The translations under genes were made by a program, and so were the position numbers. Below, in pieces: positions 15,733 to 20,000 of a stretch of DNA of 20,000 nucleotides. The stretch lies in the IMG/VR virus record IMGVR_UViG_3300047668_001392; one strand, given 5' to 3'. The notes below the pieces were generated by a model that saw only the letters and a list, made by a program, of their open reading frames with translations, ran no database searches and was not told the origin of the DNA. The stretch's first letter is position 1, and each line of letters begins with the position of its first letter. This DNA comes from an uncultured virus (IMG/VR IMGVR_UViG_3300047668_001392) (taxonomy: Duplodnaviria > Heunggongvirae > Uroviricota > Caudoviricetes > Crassvirales).

Positions 15733-18171
15733 ATGTATAATAACGATAATAAAAGTAAGCAGGGTTTCCCCGATCCATTAGAATCTACGGAATTAAAACA
15801 GGGGAAAGAATATGGTATTCAGTATGCTAAAGCTATTGAGTCTCAATGGGGGAAAACTACGGATGACTCTTCTTTGGTAGGCAAAAGGAATAAAACCTTT
15901 GAAAAAGACCGAGATTACGCTATTGGAGTTCAGGATACAAGTATATATAAACAACTATTAAGCTCTCTCAATCCAAATAAAGCGGACGGAGCTTTGTTGA
16001 ATATGGATTACACCCCAGTTCCTATCCTACCTAAATTTGTAAGAATTGTAGTTAATAAGATACTGTCTGTAAATCCCTATCCTAATTTAGAAGCAGTAGA
16101 CCCATTGTCTTCTTCTGAAAAGAATGAAAAAAAGAAGAAGATTTTAATGCAAGTTGAATCTAAGGGTAAGCTTAAAGAGCTAAAAGATAAGACTGGTGTT
16201 GTTTTAGATATGGATCCAGATTCCATTCCAGACACTCCAGAAGAAGCAGAAATTTTATTCGACACTAATATTAAAACAGACGGAGAGATATCTGCTCAGC
16301 TAGGGGCGGAACTTACTCTCACTTGGAATAACTTTGTAGACAACACTTTCCGTAGGTGTGTAAACGACTTAGCTACCCTAGGTATGTCTGTAGTAAAAAG
16401 ATCTAACGATCCCAACGAAGGCATTAAAACATCCTACGTAGATCCGTGTATGTTTATACATAGCTACACAGAAGACCCTAATTTTGAAGACCTTATATAC
16501 GCTGGGCATATAAAAAAGATCTCTATACAAGAGTTAAAGCGTTTGGCTGGAGAGGAGTTGAATGAGGAGGATTATAAAAAGATTGCTGAAAAATCTAAAG
16601 GAAGAAATGGAAATGATTCTAATAAGTATAACAAATCTAACTATAGTCACGCTTTAGGTAAAACCTCATTTGGCTATGACGACTATATGGTTGAAGTTTT
16701 AGATTTTGAGTTTATTTCTGTTGATTGTATTCACTTTGAAGAAAAAGAAAACAAACACGGTAACACAGGGTTTTATTTTAAAGGCTTTGAAGCTCAACCT
16801 AATAAGAACAGCGTTTTCGAGCGCACTCCTCATAAATTAGAGGTGTCTACTGTTTATGGAGGCAGCTATGTATTGGGTTGTGATTATCTATTTGGATATG
16901 GCAAAACTAAGAACGTACCTAAAAACATACACGATATATCTAAAGCTACATTATCTTACTCTGTAACGGCGACTAATATTCGTAACATGATGCCTAAATC
17001 TATGGTAAATAGCTGTGTAGGCTTTGCCGATATGCTACAGCTCACTCACTTAAAGATACAGCAGGCTATAGCAAAAGCTAAGCCAGATGGTTTGATCATA
17101 GATATAGAGGGTTTAGAAAATGTACAGTTAGGGAAAGGTGGGGAGTTACAACCTTTAGACCTTCACGATATATACGAGCAGACAGGTGTTTTCTACTACA
17201 GGAGTAAGAACCCCGAAGGTGGATTTCAAAACCCTCCTGTTAGAGAAATAAGCAACAGCATAAGAAACATTAATGAACTTGTAGGTTTATACAACCATTA
17301 CTTAGGTTTAATAAGAGACACAACGGGTATTAATGAAGCAATGGACGCATCTTCCCCTAAAGGTGATGCTTTAGTTGGTGTTCAAAATCAGGCTATAGCT
17401 GCGGGTAACAACGCTATATATGATATAACAAATGCCGCTATGGTTTTGTTTAAAAAAGTATGTGAGGATATAGTTAAATGTATTCAAATTATACCTCCTG
17501 AATCCGTTCTATATAAAATATACGAGAACGCTATCGGAGACACGAATATGGAGGCTTTAGCTTCCTTCAGAGACCTTCCTATGTATAACTTCGGGGTTGT
17601 TGTTGTAAAGGATATGGAGGAGAAAGATAAGGCCTACCTAGAGCAAAACATCCAGATGGCTCTCCAACAGCAAGAGTTAGATTTAGAAGACGCTATAGCC
17701 GTTAGAGGTTTAAAAGATATTAATCAAGCGGAAAGGCTTCTTGTTGTTAGGCGTAAAAAAAGAATGGCTATGAAGCAGCAGATGGCTCAGCAGAGCTCTG
17801 AGCAGCAAGCTAAAATGCAGGGTCAAATAGCTCAGCAGGCACAACAAGCTAAAATGGCTGAAATGCAAGCGCAGGGTCAAATTGACACTCAAAAAATTCA
17901 AATGCAAGCGCAGGTCGATATGAAGATGGCGCAAATGAGGCATGAGTTTACTAAAGAAATTGAGATGCTTAAAGCTCAGGCTACGCTTGGCTTTAAAGAA
18001 GATGACAAAGAGTTTAAAGAAAAGCTTGAGGTTTTAAAAGAGACCCGTAAAGATGACAGGCTAGACCAACAGACTTCAGACCAAAGTAAACTTATATCCC
18101 AAAGGCAAGGCAAAAGAGAAGAGCTACCTGAAGGGTCAAACAAACTAATTAATGCATTATTAAACGAATAA
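15733..18171 (+). CDS. Portal protein
   Basis: 812 aa directly after terL; PVPILPKFV, IRDTTGINEA motifs; long Gln/Met/Ala-rich C-terminal coiled coil as in podovirus portals. Confidence 0.88.
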   Translation: MYNNDNKSKQGFPDPLESTELKQGKEYGIQYAKAIESQWGKTTDDSSLVGKRNKTFEKDRDYAIGVQDTSIYKQLLSSLNPNKADGALLNMDYTPVPILPKFVRIVVNKILSVNPYPNLEAVDPLSSSEKNEKKKKILMQVESKGKLKELKDKTGVVLDMDPDSIPDTPEEAEILFDTNIKTDGEISAQLGAELTLTWNNFVDNTFRRCVNDLATLGMSVVKRSNDPNEGIKTSYVDPCMFIHSYTEDPNFEDLIYAGHIKKISIQELKRLAGEELNEEDYKKIAEKSKGRNGNDSNKYNKSNYSHALGKTSFGYDDYMVEVLDFEFISVDCIHFEEKENKHGNTGFYFKGFEAQPNKNSVFERTPHKLEVSTVYGGSYVLGCDYLFGYGKTKNVPKNIHDISKATLSYSVTATNIRNMMPKSMVNSCVGFADMLQLTHLKIQQAIAKAKPDGLIIDIEGLENVQLGKGGELQPLDLHDIYEQTGVFYYRSKNPEGGFQNPPVREISNSIRNINELVGLYNHYLGLIRDTTGINEAMDASSPKGDALVGVQNQAIAAGNNAIYDITNAAMVLFKKVCEDIVKCIQIIPPESVLYKIYENAIGDTNMEALASFRDLPMYNFGVVVVKDMEEKDKAYLEQNIQMALQQQELDLEDAIAVRGLKDINQAERLLVVRRKKRMAMKQQMAQQSSEQQAKMQGQIAQQAQQAKMAEMQAQGQIDTQKIQMQAQVDMKMAQMRHEFTKEIEMLKAQATLGFKEDDKEFKEKLEVLKETRKDDRLDQQTSDQSKLISQRQGKREELPEGSNKLINALLNE

Positions 18172-18172
18172 T

Positions 18173-18667
18173 ATGGCTAGTTCAGTAAATTTAGATACAT
18201 CAGATGTCTTAAATATAACGTGCAGGAAAGGGGACACCTTTTCTATTACGCTTACTCTAAAAGATTCTGCGGGTACTGCCCTTACGTTATCTACTAGTGA
18301 ATATACTTTTTTAATGCAGGTTAAATCTACGAGAGTAGCTAAAAGAGGAAGACCTAGTATATCAACTTTAATTTTAGGGACGCCTAATGCCGCAGCAAAA
18401 GATCAGGTCCGAGTTAAGTCTAAGTCTAGGATTACGCCACCACCTGTATCGTCTGGTGGAAAAACATTTGAAACCCCTACTGTTGACGATAGCGGAAATG
18501 TAACTATTGAAGCTTCTGCTGAAACTATGAGTAAAGTTCCTTCTGGAAGTTACTCTTACGACCTTCAGTACATCCTTCCTAACGCTTCTGGTTTGGATAC
18601 TCACAGGACTGTTTTAAGGGGAAAGTTTTCTGTTAACGCAGATATAACGGAAGCATTTGAAAGATAA
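18173..18667 (+). CDS. Putative tail/baseplate Ig-like (BppU-N-like) protein
   Basis: LNITCRKGDTF...YSYDLQ...LRGKFSV..DIT pattern. Confidence 0.6.
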   Translation: MASSVNLDTSDVLNITCRKGDTFSITLTLKDSAGTALTLSTSEYTFLMQVKSTRVAKRGRPSISTLILGTPNAAAKDQVRVKSKSRITPPPVSSGGKTFETPTVDDSGNVTIEASAETMSKVPSGSYSYDLQYILPNASGLDTHRTVLRGKFSVNADITEAFER

Positions 18668-18837
18668 TGAGTGTATCTGTAAACACAACACCTGGTAATA
18701 CTGTTAGCGTCTCTGTTAATGGTAACACATCTGTTAGTTTTATAAAAAAAAATTCTTTCGTTTCCGCAACTTTACCTTCTGCATCTTCAACAATATTAAC
18801 TGAAAAATCCCTTAAATCAATACAAGTGGTTGTTTAA
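18667..18837 (+). CDS. 56-aa Ser/Val/Thr-rich protein
   Basis: Hand-translated MSVSVNTTPGNTVSVSVNGNTSVSF...IQVVV; TAATG coupling; not in ORF track. Confidence 0.65.
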   Translation: MSVSVNTTPGNTVSVSVNGNTSVSFIKKNSFVSATLPSASSTILTEKSLKSIQVVV

Positions 18838-18848
18838 CAACATGTAAA

Positions 18849-19169
18849 ATGAAAGCCTGTAAATGCGAACATAAAGAAAATGAATACAAGAAAGGAGGTA
18901 AGACTCCTGCTTGGACACGCAAAGCAGGAAAGAATCCAAAAGGCGGATTAAACGCTAAGGGTGTAGCTTCTTACAGGAAGGCAAATCCAGGCAGTAAGCT
19001 TAAGATGGCTGTAACAGGGAAAGTTAAAGCGGGGTCTAAGGCTGCAAAGAGACGTAAATCTTTTTGCGCTAGAATGAGTGGAATGAAAGGACCTATGAAA
19101 AAGCCAAATGGCAAACCTACAAGGAAGGCTTTGTCTTTACGTAAATGGCGTTGTAGAAAAAAGAAGTAA
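18849..19169 (+). CDS. Highly basic conserved phage protein (DUF6321-like)
   Basis: PAWTRKAGKNPKGGLNAKG...KRRKSFCARM...LSLRKWRC; also carries EYKKGG tag. Confidence 0.75.
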   Translation: MKACKCEHKENEYKKGGKTPAWTRKAGKNPKGGLNAKGVASYRKANPGSKLKMAVTGKVKAGSKAAKRRKSFCARMSGMKGPMKKPNGKPTRKALSLRKWRCRKKK

Positions 19170-19537
19170 TGAAAGCAATTAAAAAAGTAATTAAGAAATT
19201 TAATCACGGAGGTAAGCATAGCGAAAAAGAACCTAGGGTTAGCCTATCCTCCACCAATTCGAGCACTTCGGAGGCCACTACGAGAACAAATAGGAGAGGC
19301 AAAAAAAAGACAACTACATCTTCCAGTAACACTAGAGTTAGCACTCATAAATATCCTGATGGAGAGAAACCAAATACCACTACTACATCTGTAAACACCG
19401 TGGTTTTTAAGCCAAAGATTTTTGGATCAGGGACGAGAAGGAGAGGCACAAGCACTACTGGCACTGAAGTTCTTAACGAGGACGGGACTCAAAGAAGCCA
19501 TACTTACAGTAAGAAAAAAGTAAAAAGACCTAAATAA
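19169..19537 (+). CDS. Basic Ser/Thr-rich protein with KKFNHGG tag
   Basis: TAATG coupling on both sides; shared tag and NEDGT. Confidence 0.75.
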   Translation: MKAIKKVIKKFNHGGKHSEKEPRVSLSSTNSSTSEATTRTNRRGKKKTTTSSSNTRVSTHKYPDGEKPNTTTTSVNTVVFKPKIFGSGTRRRGTSTTGTEVLNEDGTQRSHTYSKKKVKRPK

Positions 19538-19719
19538 TGAAACCCGTTAAAAAAAATACTAAGCTAAAGGTATCTAGTAAGAAGATAGAAGTAGCCCCTC
19601 CCAAGGGCTACCATTGGATGGAAGAGAAGGGCAGGTACTACCTCATGGAAGGTGAGTATAAACCACATCCTGGAGCTATTGAAAAGGCCTTATTTAAAAC
19701 AACTACCCATCCAAAATAA
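19537..19719 (+). CDS. Small hypothetical phage protein
   Basis: PPKGYHWM...LMEG.Y.PH.GA pattern; TAATG coupling. Confidence 0.7.
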   Translation: MKPVKKNTKLKVSSKKIEVAPPKGYHWMEEKGRYYLMEGEYKPHPGAIEKALFKTTTHPK

Positions 19720-19736
19720 GGCAACGTAATAATAGT

Positions 19737-19744
19737 TATATTTG
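19737..19744 (+). promoter_or_regulatory. Bacteroidota -7 promoter box TATATTTG
   Basis: Intergenic, 19 nt before ATG 19764. Confidence 0.7.
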
Positions 19745-19763
19745 CATATAAATAATTCTTAAA

Positions 19764-20000
19764 ATGGCTACGATCTCAGCGACAATAAATCTTACTAGTC
19801 CAGATATTACTGGCGACCCTTTAAATTTAAGTAAAAGAACTAACTTAAATAAAGCAGGTACTGCTACTGGTTTAGACCAGTTTACAGGCGTTACTACCGT
19901 AGTATATGCAACTGCTCAAACGGCAAAACAAATTGTTGATGCTGGAGATTATGTAGACACAACAGCTTCTCATAAGGTATATATTAAAAATTCTGCTATT
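19764..20000 (+). CDS. Partial putative structural protein (MATISATINLTS...KVYIKN)
   Basis: Open for 79 codons to the window edge; composition and YIKN motif resemble 7022..7498. Confidence 0.7.
   Translation, partial: MATISATINLTSPDITGDPLNLSKRTNLNKAGTATGLDQFTGVTTVVYATAQTAKQIVDAGDYVDTTASHKVYIKNSAI

Noticed and set aside
17761..17950. Gln/Ala/Met repeat in portal as a separate repeat element
   Set aside because: Explained by the C-terminal coiled-coil barrel of podovirus portals
13576..18171. Intein or intron in terL or portal
   Set aside because: Continuous ORFs with motifs in the expected order; no splice-junction or LAGLIDADG motifs seen
2223..19219. Antisense and alternate-frame ORFs nested in larger genes (e.g. 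3865..4110, 5116..5439, 8449..8769, 13592..13930, 17710..17943)
   Set aside because: Shadow ORFs within well-supported genes with no motifs
1565..20000. Stop-codon reassignment as in some crAss-like phages
   Set aside because: Long ORFs are intact and tightly packed under code 11; TGA and TAG end genes at sensible positions

Overview
Segment of a tailed dsDNA phage genome, most likely infecting an aquatic/marine Bacteroidota (Flavobacteriia-like) host. Host evidence: TAnnTTTG promoter boxes before gene starts, AT-rich leaders without Shine-Dalgarno, a DUF5675 lysin and a T9SS-type C-terminal domain. Bases 1-1540 are largely non-coding and hold a leftward promoter with a long leader, an array of IHF-consensus boxes and a purine/pyrimidine tract; this may be the genome terminus, packaging site or origin. 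From 1565 a dense + strand late module encodes putative virion cargo proteins (1343-aa multidomain protein, lysozyme-like protein), DUF5675, a tandem GroES, HNH proteins, a host-like secreted-protein cassette, the large terminase, the portal and small structural/basic proteins. Most notable: (1) a [KR]-x-[YF]-x-x-G-G peptide tag recurring 9 times in 6 proteins and dividing the 1343-aa protein into modules (candidate capsid-targeting or processing signal); (2) an unlisted 48-aa ORF resembling the redox C-terminal tail of ribonucleotide reductase alpha; (3) a phage-borne T9SS substrate plus a dockerin-like protein. All family assignments are from motif recognition by eye; no database searches were run.
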